DNA of 64,000 nt from an uncultured delta proteobacterium (GTDB lineage: Bacteria > Desulfobacterota > Desulfobacteria > Desulfobacterales > JAFDCJ01), in the NCBI GenBank assembly GCA_963769935.1, contig CAVYNY010000007.1:243343-307342 (forward strand), in the 5' to 3' direction. Below, in pieces: positions 32,988-42,622 of the stretch. Position 1 is the first letter of the stretch; every line of letters starts with the position of its first letter. The position numbers and the translations under genes are program-made. A model generated the notes under the pieces. The model made no database searches. It had not been told where the DNA came from and saw only the letters and a program-made list of their open reading frames with translations.

Positions 32988-33081
32988 ATCTACCTCTTTT
33001 TTTATACGTTGTTGGTTAGGATAAAATTAGGTCCGATTAATAGGCATGTAAACCCTGTTTATCGCGGCTCCAGGCATTCCG

Positions 33082-33570
33082 CTAATTTGGCTCCCGGTAA
33101 AGCGCCAACGGTCCCGTTCTGGCCAGCTTCTGGATACCCATTGGTTTTAGAAGATTCAGCAGGGCCTCTATCTTGGCTGCATCGCCGGTAACCTCGATAA
33201 TGAAATGCTCCAGTCCGATATCTACAACTTTGCACCTGAAGATATCCACAATCCGCAGGATTTCCGCGCGCTGCTCCGGTTTGGCGTTGACACAGATCAG
33301 GGCCATTTCCCGTTTGACGGCCTTGGGTCCGGTCATATCCCGCAGTTTAATAATGTTGATCAGTTTCCTCAATTGCTTTTCGATCTGTTCAATGACCGGA
33401 GGGTTGGCTTTGGTGGTTATGGTAATTCGAGAAACCTGAGGATCCATTGTCGGGGCGGTAACAAGACTTTCGATATTAAAGCCTTTGCCGCTGAATAAAC
33501 TCACGACCCGCGACAGTACGCCCGGCTGGTTGTCGACCAGCATCGTCATGATGTGCTTTTCTGCTTCCAT
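33082..33570 (-). CDS. ilvN: Acetolactate synthase small subunit
   Basis: ACT domain 'VDNQPGVLSRV..LFS.KGFNIESL', 'LARTG'. Confidence 0.94.
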   Translation of the reverse strand: MEAEKHIMTMLVDNQPGVLSRVVSLFSGKGFNIESLVTAPTMDPQVSRITITTKANPPVIEQIEKQLRKLINIIKLRDMTGPKAVKREMALICVNAKPEQRAEILRIVDIFRCKVVDIGLEHFIIEVTGDAAKIEALLNLLKPMGIQKLARTGPLALYREPN

Positions 33571-33586
33571 AAACATACTCCTTTTT

Positions 33587-33626
33587 CGCGTTGCGCGTTA
33601 CGGGTTGCGCGCACCCCGCAACCCGC
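33587..33626. repeat. 7-nt periodic inverted repeat between ilvB and ilvN
   Basis: GCGTTGC GCGTTAC GGGTTGC / GCACCCC GCAACCC GC. Confidence 0.7.
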
Positions 33627-35315
33627 CTACACCAGTAACATTTCGGTAATGGCTGCTCCGGCCGGAACCATCGGGTAAACCCCTTCTTCTTTTTCAACGA
33701 TAAATTCCATAATAACCGGTCTTGGAATCGCAAGGCCCTCTGAGAGAATGGATTGGACTTCCGCCGGTTTTGTTGCGCGCAGGCCCACCGCGCCGTAGGC
33801 TTCGGCAAGTTTGACAAAATCTGGGGCGCAATCCATGCAGGTGCAGACATACCGCTTGTTGTAAAACAACTCCTGCCATTGCCTGACCATTCCCATGTAG
33901 CCGTTGTTCAGGATAACAATTTTCACCGGCAGACAGCTCTGGACGGCGGTGGCCATCTCCTGAATATTCATCTGGATGCTGGAATCGCCGGCAATATCCA
34001 CCACTATTTTATCAGGGCAGGCCACCTGGGCGCCGATGGCGGCCGGAAGTCCAAAACCCATAGCCCCTAAACCTCCCGAGGTGATAAAATGATTGGGCTG
34101 ATCATAGAGATAATACTGTGCGGCCCACATCTGATTCTGACCAACCTCGGTGGTGATGATCGCCTGACCCTTGGTCAGCTCGTAAAGCTTCTCGACCACA
34201 TATTGCGGTTTGATGGTGTCTTTCCCCTGGTTATACGCCAGAGAACCGGCGTTTTTCCATTCATCGATCTGAGCGAACCAGTTTTTTCTTTTTTCATGCA
34301 GATCCCCCAGGTCTACTTCAGCTATCATCCGGTTTAAATGCTGCAAGCTGATCCTGCAATCTCCCACCACGGGAACCGTTACCGGTATGTTGCGGCGGAT
34401 GGTGGTGGGGTCGATATCGATATGCACAATTTCGGCCTGGGATGCAAATGCGTCGGTTTTGCCTGTTACCCGATCATCGAACCGCACCCCAATGGCAATC
34501 ATCAGGTCGCAGACCGACGTGCACATATTCGCTCGATAGGTACCGTGCATTCCAATCATACCCAGTGACAGCGGATCCGTGCCCGGAAACGCACCGAGCC
34601 CCATGAGCGATGTCGTCACCGGGGTCCGGGTTTTGCGGGCCAGTTCGGTCAGCTCCCGGGAGGCTTTTGACAGTATGACGCCGCCTCCGGCAAAAATGAT
34701 GGGCCTTTCGCAACGTTCAATAAGTCCGATGATTTTCTTTAACTGCTTCATGTTGGGGTTGTAGGTGGGATTATAGGATTTTAGTTTCACCTCACCGGGT
34801 GGAATATATTCCGTGACGGCTTTGGCAACATCTTTGGGTATATCAACAAGAACGGGTCCCGGTCGCCCGGACCGGGCCAGATAAAAAGCTTCCTTAACCG
34901 TTGATGCCAGGTTGTCAACGGACATGACCAGATAATTGTGCTTGGTACAGGGGCGCGTGATGCCGACGATGTCCACTTCCTGAAACGCATCGTTGCCGAT
35001 GAGTCCGGTCGGTACCTGACCGCTGAGAATGACCACCGGGATCGAGTCCATATAGGCCGATGCAATGCCGGTCACGGTGTTGGTGACGCCGGGTCCTGAG
35101 GTCACCAGACAGACACCCACCCGACCGGCGGCCCGGGCATACCCATCGGCGGCGTGCACGGCCCCCTGTTCATGGCGGACCAGAACATGGTGGATATCTG
35201 TTTTGGCCAATTCATCGTAAATATCGATGATGGCACCACCCGGATAACCGAATATCGTGTCGACAGCTTCTTCCTTAAGAACTTCCATCAAAATTTGGGC
35301 ACCGGTAAGTTTCAT
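33627..35315 (-). CDS. ilvB: Acetolactate synthase large subunit
   Basis: 'FGYPGGA', 'RHEQGA', 'TSGPG', 'DAFQE', TPP-binding 'GDSSIQMN...NN.YMGMVRQWQ'. Confidence 0.96.
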   Translation of the reverse strand: MKLTGAQILMEVLKEEAVDTIFGYPGGAIIDIYDELAKTDIHHVLVRHEQGAVHAADGYARAAGRVGVCLVTSGPGVTNTVTGIASAYMDSIPVVILSGQVPTGLIGNDAFQEVDIVGITRPCTKHNYLVMSVDNLASTVKEAFYLARSGRPGPVLVDIPKDVAKAVTEYIPPGEVKLKSYNPTYNPNMKQLKKIIGLIERCERPIIFAGGGVILSKASRELTELARKTRTPVTTSLMGLGAFPGTDPLSLGMIGMHGTYRANMCTSVCDLMIAIGVRFDDRVTGKTDAFASQAEIVHIDIDPTTIRRNIPVTVPVVGDCRISLQHLNRMIAEVDLGDLHEKRKNWFAQIDEWKNAGSLAYNQGKDTIKPQYVVEKLYELTKGQAIITTEVGQNQMWAAQYYLYDQPNHFITSGGLGAMGFGLPAAIGAQVACPDKIVVDIAGDSSIQMNIQEMATAVQSCLPVKIVILNNGYMGMVRQWQELFYNKRYVCTCMDCAPDFVKLAEAYGAVGLRATKPAEVQSILSEGLAIPRPVIMEFIVEKEEGVYPMVPAGAAITEMLLV

Positions 35316-35331
35316 AGAGGCTTTTCCTTTC

Positions 35332-35377
35332 AAAAAAAAATCCGTTACCGGCGCGGGGGTCGGTAACGGATTTTTTT
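35332..35377 (-). terminator. Attenuator terminator of the ilv operon leader
   Basis: TCCGTTACCG-10nt-CGGTAACGGA 10-bp stem followed by a U run on the minus strand, just upstream of ilvB. Confidence 0.88.
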
Positions 35378-35396
35378 GTTTTATTGGGAGGTGAAA

Positions 35397-35498
35397 CTAT
35401 GCCATTACCAACCCTGGTTGCTCGCCGGCAATAATAATTATTCCGGCGAGTACGAGAATAAGGCTAATAAGGTTGTTAATGGCAATTACTATAGACAT
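35397..35498 (-). CDS. ilv operon leader peptide (33 aa)
   Basis: MSIVIAINNLISLILVLAGIIIIAGEQPGLVMA: 9 Ile, 5 Leu, 3 Val; followed by antiterminator/terminator; too short for the ORF track. Confidence 0.85.
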   Translation of the reverse strand: MSIVIAINNLISLILVLAGIIIIAGEQPGLVMA

Positions 35499-35551
35499 GG
35501 TTGCATCACAGGTTTAATTTTGAAAAGCAGTAGCAACTATCCAACAGGTTG

Positions 35552-37828
35552 TCAAGCTTTTTCTTTGAATCCGCAGCCTTCAGTCAGGCAGGTGACATAG
35601 TTTCCCTGTTTTTTGGTAATTTTTTCTACTAGAAATTTCGCCCCGCACACCGGGCATTGGCGATCAAGGGGTTTGTCCCAAGTTGCGAAGGAACATTCCG
35701 GGAAGCGACTGCAGCCGTAAAAAATTTTGCCGCGCTTGGAGCTGCGCTCCACGACTTCTCCCTCGCAGCCATCCTGAGGGCACCCGAGCCCAATGGTTTT
35801 GCCGTGGCCGCTGGAATTTAAGGACTGGCTGTTTTTGCATTCGGGATACCCGCTGCAGGCCAGGAAGTCACCGTAGCGGCCTCTTTTGATGACCATGGGC
35901 CGGCCGCATTTTTCGCACGCCTTATCCGTAATTTCCTCTTCAGGAATTTCGACCGGTTGAATATTTCCCTTTTCATCCCGGGTGTAGTCCCTGGAATAGG
36001 TACAATCCGGATAACCGCTGCAGGCTATAAAATGTCCGTTTTTTCCGATTTTGATGCGTAGCTGCTTATTGCATTCCGGGCAATTCAGATCGGTCGGCAG
36101 GCCGACACCTTTAACGCTGAGCATTTTCTCGGATGCGGAATCCAGATCTTTTTTGAACGGCTTGTAAAAGCGGTTTAAAACCTGCAGTGAGTCGATCTTT
36201 TCCGATTCCACCTGATCCAGATTTTCTTCCATTCTAGCGGTAAATTCAACATCGAATATTTCCGGAAAGTTTTGCACCAACAGATCGTTGACAATAAAGC
36301 CCAGTTCATTCGGCTTGAAATAACCCCTTACCAGATCGACATAGCCCTTGCCGCGGATGGTCGAAAGGATGTTAGCGTAAGTGCTGGGCCGTCCGATGCC
36401 GTTTTCTTCAAGTTCTTTTACCAGCGAGGCTTCCGAAAAACGCGGCGGCGGCATGGTAAAATGTTGTTTGGGCTCCAGCTGGTTGAGTTTCAGGACAGTT
36501 CCCTGGGCAAGCTCGGGCAGCTTTGGTTTCTGTTGCTCGGTTTCGGTCGCAATTTCATCGTCCACCGACATGTAGAGCGCCATAAATCCGGGAAATTTTA
36601 CCGAAGAACCGCTGGCCGAAAAAAGGTAGGCTCCGGCTTTAATCGTTAGTGAAATCTGATTGATCAAGGCCTCCGCCATCTGAGAGGCCACGAATCGCTG
36701 CCAGATGAGCTGATACAAGCTCAGCTGCTCCGGCGAAAGATAGGGCTTGACCGCCTCCGGCGTATTGAAGACCGAGGTCGGGCGGATGGCCTCATGCGCG
36801 TCCTGCACCTTTTTGGTATTTTTGAAAAACCGTGGTTTGGGCAGGGCATAATCATTGCCGAAACGATCCAGAATCAACTGCTGCGCCTCGACGGCGGCCT
36901 CGGCCGCAATACGGGTGGAATCGGTGCGCATGTAAGTGATCAACCCCACGGGTTCGCCGGGACCCAGATCAATGCCTTCGTAAAGCTGTTGGGCAATGAT
37001 CATGGCCTTGCGGGCGCTGAATCTGAGCTTGCGGATGGCTTCCTGCTGCAGTTTGCTCGTGGTAAAGGGGGGCAGAGGATTTTTTTTAACGGTCTTTTTC
37101 TGGATTTTATCGACAATAAATTGTTCCCCGTCCAGATCCCTTAGAATTTTGGCGGCCGCATTTTCATGCGGAATTTGTATCTTTTCTCCATTTCTTTTAA
37201 CCAGCTTGGCTGCAAAGGGGGGCGGGGTGTCGCTTTCAAGATGGGCGGTAATCGACCAGTATTCCTCGGGTACAAAGGCCTGAATTGCCCGTTCTCTTTC
37301 GCAAATAATCCTAACAGCCACCGACTGCACTCTTCCGGCACTCAATCCGCCTTTTACCTTGCGCCACAGAAGCGGTGAAACCTGATAGCCCACCAACCGG
37401 TCGAGTATCCGACGGGCCTGCTGGGCTTCATACTTGGAGCGATCAAGCTCCTCGGGTTCGGCCATGGCTTTCTGGATTGAATTTTTTGTTAGTTCATGAA
37501 AAAGCACACGGTAAAAATTGCGTCCCTTTTTTTTCAAGACATCGGCCGTATGCCAGGCGATGGCCTCGCCTTCACGATCAGGGTCGGGGGCCAGATAAAC
37601 GTCACGAGCATCGCCGGCGGCCTGCTTGAGGCTTTTTATGACTTTCTGTTTGCCCGGGATGCATTTGTAGCTGGGCTTAAAATCGTTTTCGACATCAATG
37701 CCCATCTCTTTACTCGGAAGGTCCTTGATATGCCCCACGGTCGCCGCAACATTGTAGGCGTTGCCGAGATATTTTTTGATGGTTCTGACTTTTGTCGGTG
37801 ACTCCACGACAACTAAGGGTTTGCTCAC
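35552..37828 (-). CDS. topA: DNA topoisomerase I
   Basis: TOPRIM 'VVESPTK', 'DPDREGE', 'SAGRVQS', 'ITYMRTDS', C-terminal zinc ribbons. Confidence 0.97.
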   Translation of the reverse strand: MSKPLVVVESPTKVRTIKKYLGNAYNVAATVGHIKDLPSKEMGIDVENDFKPSYKCIPGKQKVIKSLKQAAGDARDVYLAPDPDREGEAIAWHTADVLKKKGRNFYRVLFHELTKNSIQKAMAEPEELDRSKYEAQQARRILDRLVGYQVSPLLWRKVKGGLSAGRVQSVAVRIICERERAIQAFVPEEYWSITAHLESDTPPPFAAKLVKRNGEKIQIPHENAAAKILRDLDGEQFIVDKIQKKTVKKNPLPPFTTSKLQQEAIRKLRFSARKAMIIAQQLYEGIDLGPGEPVGLITYMRTDSTRIAAEAAVEAQQLILDRFGNDYALPKPRFFKNTKKVQDAHEAIRPTSVFNTPEAVKPYLSPEQLSLYQLIWQRFVASQMAEALINQISLTIKAGAYLFSASGSSVKFPGFMALYMSVDDEIATETEQQKPKLPELAQGTVLKLNQLEPKQHFTMPPPRFSEASLVKELEENGIGRPSTYANILSTIRGKGYVDLVRGYFKPNELGFIVNDLLVQNFPEIFDVEFTARMEENLDQVESEKIDSLQVLNRFYKPFKKDLDSASEKMLSVKGVGLPTDLNCPECNKQLRIKIGKNGHFIACSGYPDCTYSRDYTRDEKGNIQPVEIPEEEITDKACEKCGRPMVIKRGRYGDFLACSGYPECKNSQSLNSSGHGKTIGLGCPQDGCEGEVVERSSKRGKIFYGCSRFPECSFATWDKPLDRQCPVCGAKFLVEKITKKQGNYVTCLTEGCGFKEKA

Positions 37829-37963
37829 AGTCTATCCTCGCATCTGTTCTGTTTATACACAGCGTCGTATTTTAAAAGGCAAAATACTTGAAGCGTGTAA
37901 AATCTAATTGTCCGTTGTAGGTTGTCAATAGTCAGCCGGACATTTCTGCCTTTATTTTTCCTT

Positions 37964-39070
37964 TTAAGACGATAGGGTAAAATACTTGCCGGGTGATTGA
38001 CGGATCAGTCCGGCGAGTTCTAATTTCAACAAAATGCCTGAAAGTTTGCCGGGTCCCAGGGCGATTTTTCTGACTAGATCGTCAATATGGATTGGATAAG
38101 GCCCGATGGCGTCGTATACCCGGGCTTCATCAGTTGCAAGCTCGGCTTTCTTTTCATCGACGCTGTTCCGGCTGGGCCGTGCGGAACGCTGGTTAAGCTG
38201 GATTAGCGGGGCAAGTTCTTCAACGATATCCTGGGCATGCTCGACAAGTTTGGCTCCCTGTTTGATAAGGGTATGCGTCCCCATGCTCTTGAACGACTGA
38301 ATACTGCCGGGTACTGCAAACACTTCGCGGTTTTGCTCGACGGCCAGCCGGGCGGTGATCAGCGAGCCGCTGTTTTTGGTGGCCTCCACGACGACCGTTC
38401 CCAGCGACATTCCGCTGATAATCCGGTTGCGTATCGGGAAATTATGGGCTTCGGGCTCCGTCATCAATGGAAATTCCGATACAATCGCACCGCTTTCAGA
38501 AATTCGCTGAAAAAGCCCTTTGTTTTCCGCCGGATAAATTCGCTCCAGACCGCTGCCCAGTATGGCAATTGTTTTTCCGCCAGCCGCCAGCGCCCCTTCG
38601 TGGGCGGCAGTGTCAATGCCGCGCGCCATTCCGCTGACGATCGTAAGACCGAGTGATGCCAGGGTGCCGCTCAAACTTTTGGTCGTCGTCATACCGTAGT
38701 CGGTTGCGTTTCTGGAACCGACCATGGCAAGCTTGGCGGGAGAGCTTTCGAGCCGGCCATGGGTGTATAAAAAGAGCGGCGGATCAGGGATTTGGCGCAA
38801 CAGCTGAGGATAATCCGGATCCGCCAGGGTTACGATGGCATAACCTCTGCGGGTCACAAGATCCAGCTCTGCTTCAACGCTGGCCGGTATTTGATGTGTT
38901 CTCAGTTTCGCGACATGACGGCTCGTGATTCCATCCACCCGCAGGAGCGCTTCATCGGATGCCTGAAAGATTGCCGGCGCCGACTTGAACCTATCTATCA
39001 GACGTTTGCCAAGGAGATTTCCGATTCCCGGTACACTTTTAAGGCAAAACCATGACAGAAGGTTATCCAT
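37964..39070 (-). CDS. dprA: DNA processing protein DprA
   Basis: 'VGSR', 'VSGMARGID', 'FPIRNRIISG', 'SGSLITA'; classic dprA-topA pairing. Confidence 0.95.
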   Translation of the reverse strand: MDNLLSWFCLKSVPGIGNLLGKRLIDRFKSAPAIFQASDEALLRVDGITSRHVAKLRTHQIPASVEAELDLVTRRGYAIVTLADPDYPQLLRQIPDPPLFLYTHGRLESSPAKLAMVGSRNATDYGMTTTKSLSGTLASLGLTIVSGMARGIDTAAHEGALAAGGKTIAILGSGLERIYPAENKGLFQRISESGAIVSEFPLMTEPEAHNFPIRNRIISGMSLGTVVVEATKNSGSLITARLAVEQNREVFAVPGSIQSFKSMGTHTLIKQGAKLVEHAQDIVEELAPLIQLNQRSARPSRNSVDEKKAELATDEARVYDAIGPYPIHIDDLVRKIALGPGKLSGILLKLELAGLIRQSPGKYFTLSS

Positions 39071-39086
39071 TGCAGCCCATATTAAA

Positions 39087-40139
39087 TCACGACTTACCCT
39101 TGCTCTTGGTTTGTTTCGCCTGCCAGGCCATAAGAATCGGGCTGGCCACGAATATGGACGAGTAGGTTCCCACTATGATTCCGACTAGCAGGGCGAAGGC
39201 AAAATCATGGATGATACCGCCGCCTAAGACAAAAAGGGCGGCCACCACCAGAAGGGTGGTCAGCGATGTCAGAATGGTGCGGCTGAGCGTCTCATTAATG
39301 CTGCGGTTTAAGATGACGTCCAATGGGCTTTTATGATATTTTCTTAAGTTTTCCCTGATACGATCAAAAACGATAATGGTATCGTTTAAGGAATACCCGA
39401 TAATGGTCAGCAGGGCGGCGATGATGGCCAGGGTAAACTCTTTGTCGAAAAGCGAAAACATGCCGACGGTAATCGTGACATCGTGGATCAGGGCGACAAT
39501 GGCGCCCATGGCGTACTTGAGCTCGAGAAACCAGAATAATACGAGGGATATAATCAGGGCGGCAACAATCAGAAAAGGAATACTGACTTTAAACAGCGTA
39601 AAAATATAAACCGCCCCGATCAGCGCCGCCGCCATAATGCCGCTGATTACCCACTTGAACTCGAAGCGTCCTGAAATATAGATGGTGATAAACAACAGAG
39701 CGTAGAACATGGCAAATAATGCTTTTTCCCGCAAATCCTGTCCGACCTTGGGCCCGACCATTTCCACCCGCCGAATTTCCGCATCCCCGCCGGTTTCCTT
39801 ATCCAGGGCTTTTTTCAATTTCGCGGTGAAGCCTTCGGAGGTCATGACCGAACTGTCGGTGCGAACCAGATATTCATGGGTGTTCTGCTCCCCGAACCGC
39901 TGGACGGTGGATTGCTCGATTCCGATGTCTTTCATCCCGGATTTGATATCTGCAATGTTAGCCGGGGCCTGAAATTTCACCTGGATCAGCGTGCCGCCCT
40001 GGAAATCGACGCCAAGACTCGGGCCTCCGTGCAGGATAAGAGAAATAATACTGATGAGGATCATCGCACCCGACAAACTAAAAGCGATCATTTTTTTGCC
40101 GATAAAATCTATGTTAATGTCCGGCTTGATAAATTGCAT
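39087..40139 (-). CDS. secF: Protein translocase subunit SecF
   Basis: 'LGVDFQGG', 'VGPKVG', 'GYSLNDTIIVFDRIRE', 'GTYSSIFVA'. Confidence 0.95.
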   Translation of the reverse strand: MQFIKPDINIDFIGKKMIAFSLSGAMILISIISLILHGGPSLGVDFQGGTLIQVKFQAPANIADIKSGMKDIGIEQSTVQRFGEQNTHEYLVRTDSSVMTSEGFTAKLKKALDKETGGDAEIRRVEMVGPKVGQDLREKALFAMFYALLFITIYISGRFEFKWVISGIMAAALIGAVYIFTLFKVSIPFLIVAALIISLVLFWFLELKYAMGAIVALIHDVTITVGMFSLFDKEFTLAIIAALLTIIGYSLNDTIIVFDRIRENLRKYHKSPLDVILNRSINETLSRTILTSLTTLLVVAALFVLGGGIIHDFAFALLVGIIVGTYSSIFVASPILMAWQAKQTKSKGKS

Positions 40140-40171
40140 AAAATTTCCTTCTGATTGGTTTACAAATTAAT

Positions 40172-41749
40172 CTAAATACTCAGCGTCTTTACCTGGCGGT
40201 GCATCAGGAGATAATCAAAAATCAACCGTGACAGGATCAGGGCGGTAAACATACTGGCGATAACACCCAGGCTCAAGGTGACGGCAAATCCTTTAACCGG
40301 GCCGGTGCCAAACTGGAAAAGCACCACCGCGGCAATCAGGGTCGTCACATTGGCATCCAAAATGGTCAGGGTGGCGCGGTTATAGCCGGCATCGATGGCT
40401 GCCCGCGGTGTGCGGCCCAATGCCATTTCTTCGCGGACCCGTTCAAAGATTATCACGTTGGCATCCACAGCCATACCGATGGTCAGAATAATTCCGGCCA
40501 TTCCCGGCAGTGTCAGGGTGGCCTGAAAAGCGGCCAACCCGGCGCCGATCATCATGATGTTCAGCACCAGCGCAAGGTCTGCGATCAGGCCGGAGATTTT
40601 ATAGTAGACGATCATAAAGGCCACGACCAGGAACCCGCCGATACACATGGAAAGCAAGCCTTTGCGGATGGAGTCGGCCCCCAGCGAAGGGCCCACAGAC
40701 CGCTCTTCGAGTATATTTACCGGTGCCGGCAGGGCACCGGCGCGAAGCACGATGGCGAGATCCCGTGCTTCATTAGTGGTGAAGCGCCCGGTAATGCGGG
40801 CCTGACCGCCGGCAATTTTTTCCTGGATAACCGGAGCCGAATAGACAGTCTGGTCCAGCACAATCGCCAGGCGCTTGTTAACGTTATCGGCGGTGATTCT
40901 TTCAAAGATGCGGGCGCCTTTCTTGTCAAAAGTGATGGAGACATAGGGTTCATTATATCGCGAATCGATTTGAACCCGGGCGTCCGTCAGGTAGGCGCCG
41001 GTCAACAACGTTCTTTTCTTGAGCAGAAACGGCGTCTTCTGCGACCGGCGGGTTTCAGAATTTTCTTCAACTTTGTAAAGGATTTCGTCTCCCGGCGGGA
41101 TATTGCCCTTTAGTGCGTCTTCGACTGAATGGGTGTCATCGACCAGTTTGAATTCCAGCAGCGCGGTTTTACCGATCAGATCCTTGGCTCGCTCGGTATC
41201 TTTGATGCCGGGCAGCTGAATTAATATCCGGTTTTCACCCTGACGTACGATATCCGGTTCGGAGACACCGAACTGGTCAATGCGATTGCGGATGGTTTCA
41301 AGGGCCTGGCTGACGGCCAGCTGTTCAATATGATCGCGATCCTTATCAGTAAGGCCCAAAATGATCGAGAGGGTGCCGTTGTCTTTTTTTTCCGAAATCT
41401 TGCGCAGATCTCTGAAATCTTCATCCAGCAGCGCTTGGAATTTTTCAATATTTTCCTCGTTTTTGACCTCGGCGGATATCTCGTTCCCTTTGATTCGATC
41501 CACCGCAACGTCCCGGATGAGCTTTTTTTTCAGCAATTCCCGTATTTCCTGAGCAATACGCTCGACCGTGCTTTCAACAGCTTTTCCCGAGTCCACTTCC
41601 AGAACCAGGTGCATGCCGCCCTGAAGATCAAGACCGAGGTTGATTCTTTTGTGCGGCCATACACCGGGCTTCAGGGTCGGAACAAGATAGATGATCGTCG
41701 CTACGATCACCACAATAACTGAAACCAATTGCCATGAAACATTCTTCAA
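40172..41749 (-). CDS. secD: Protein translocase subunit SecD
   Basis: 'LGLDLQGG', 'RNRIDQFGVSEP', 'GALPAP', 'GMAVDANV'. Confidence 0.96.
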   Translation of the reverse strand: MKNVSWQLVSVIVVIVATIIYLVPTLKPGVWPHKRINLGLDLQGGMHLVLEVDSGKAVESTVERIAQEIRELLKKKLIRDVAVDRIKGNEISAEVKNEENIEKFQALLDEDFRDLRKISEKKDNGTLSIILGLTDKDRDHIEQLAVSQALETIRNRIDQFGVSEPDIVRQGENRILIQLPGIKDTERAKDLIGKTALLEFKLVDDTHSVEDALKGNIPPGDEILYKVEENSETRRSQKTPFLLKKRTLLTGAYLTDARVQIDSRYNEPYVSITFDKKGARIFERITADNVNKRLAIVLDQTVYSAPVIQEKIAGGQARITGRFTTNEARDLAIVLRAGALPAPVNILEERSVGPSLGADSIRKGLLSMCIGGFLVVAFMIVYYKISGLIADLALVLNIMMIGAGLAAFQATLTLPGMAGIILTIGMAVDANVIIFERVREEMALGRTPRAAIDAGYNRATLTILDANVTTLIAAVVLFQFGTGPVKGFAVTLSLGVIASMFTALILSRLIFDYLLMHRQVKTLSI

Positions 41750-42095
41750 TGATCTTTTTCCTTCTCTTTGGTTATAGATCCGATTAAAAGTAATCCGTCA
41801 AGAAGTCGGCTGGGGTGGCCGGACTTCCCCAGTTTTCGGCTTGCGCCGGCCGCCTCACCCGTCAAAACATCCATTGTTTGTGATCATCATACGAAAGCCC
41901 CAGAGAATTTGTCAAATGGTCCGGTGGTTAAATTGCAGCGGATAAACCGTGCGGCAGCGGGGACTGGGTCGGTTTGTCCGCCTTGAACAATTTAACGCCC
42001 CCGCCACTTAACGAAATTGCATGGGGCTGAGATTTTTAAACCCATATGATGCCACAATCGTATTGGAAACCAATTGGGAATTCAGCATCTACCGG

Positions 42096-42434
42096 TTATT
42101 TTTTTTCCGGCTGGCTTTGGGTTGCCGGTTGAGCCAGGTTCGATACATTGCCGCGGGCGACTTTAACGCGAACCTTGTCGGCAATTTCGACGGTTATCGT
42201 GGTTTCATCCATACCGGTGATACGACCGTGGATACCGCCGCTGGTGATAATACGATCGCCTTTTTTTAGATTGGAAATCATCTGGCGGTGCTCTTTCGTA
42301 CGCTTTTGCTGGGGGCGGATCAGCAAAAAATAAAATATGACAAACATCAAAATCAGCGGTATAAAACCTGCGAAACCACCGGCGCCGTTGCCTCCTGCAC
42401 CCCCTGTGCCCATTGCATATGCTATATCAAACAA
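42096..42434 (-). CDS. yajC: Preprotein translocase subunit YajC
   Basis: 'FYFLLIRPQQKR', 'LKKGD.IITSGGIHG'. Confidence 0.95.
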   Translation of the reverse strand: MFDIAYAMGTGGAGGNGAGGFAGFIPLILMFVIFYFLLIRPQQKRTKEHRQMISNLKKGDRIITSGGIHGRITGMDETTITVEIADKVRVKVARGNVSNLAQPATQSQPEKK

Positions 42435-42622
42435 GACGATTCCTCCTTCCGGGTTGTTGACAGCTAGGTTATTCTATTTATCATTATATTATTAATATTA
42501 TGATTTATATTATGCGGTTAGAAATAACGTAGGCATCTGTTTCGTTAAAATCACGATGATATACTTTAAAAGATCGAATTCGTCAAATCTTTCTTGAATT
42601 TTTTTGTTCCGGGGGAAAAAAT

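Noticed and set aside
41750..42095. Riboswitch or ncRNA between yajC and secD
   Set aside because: Only weak GC stems; no recognisable family motif
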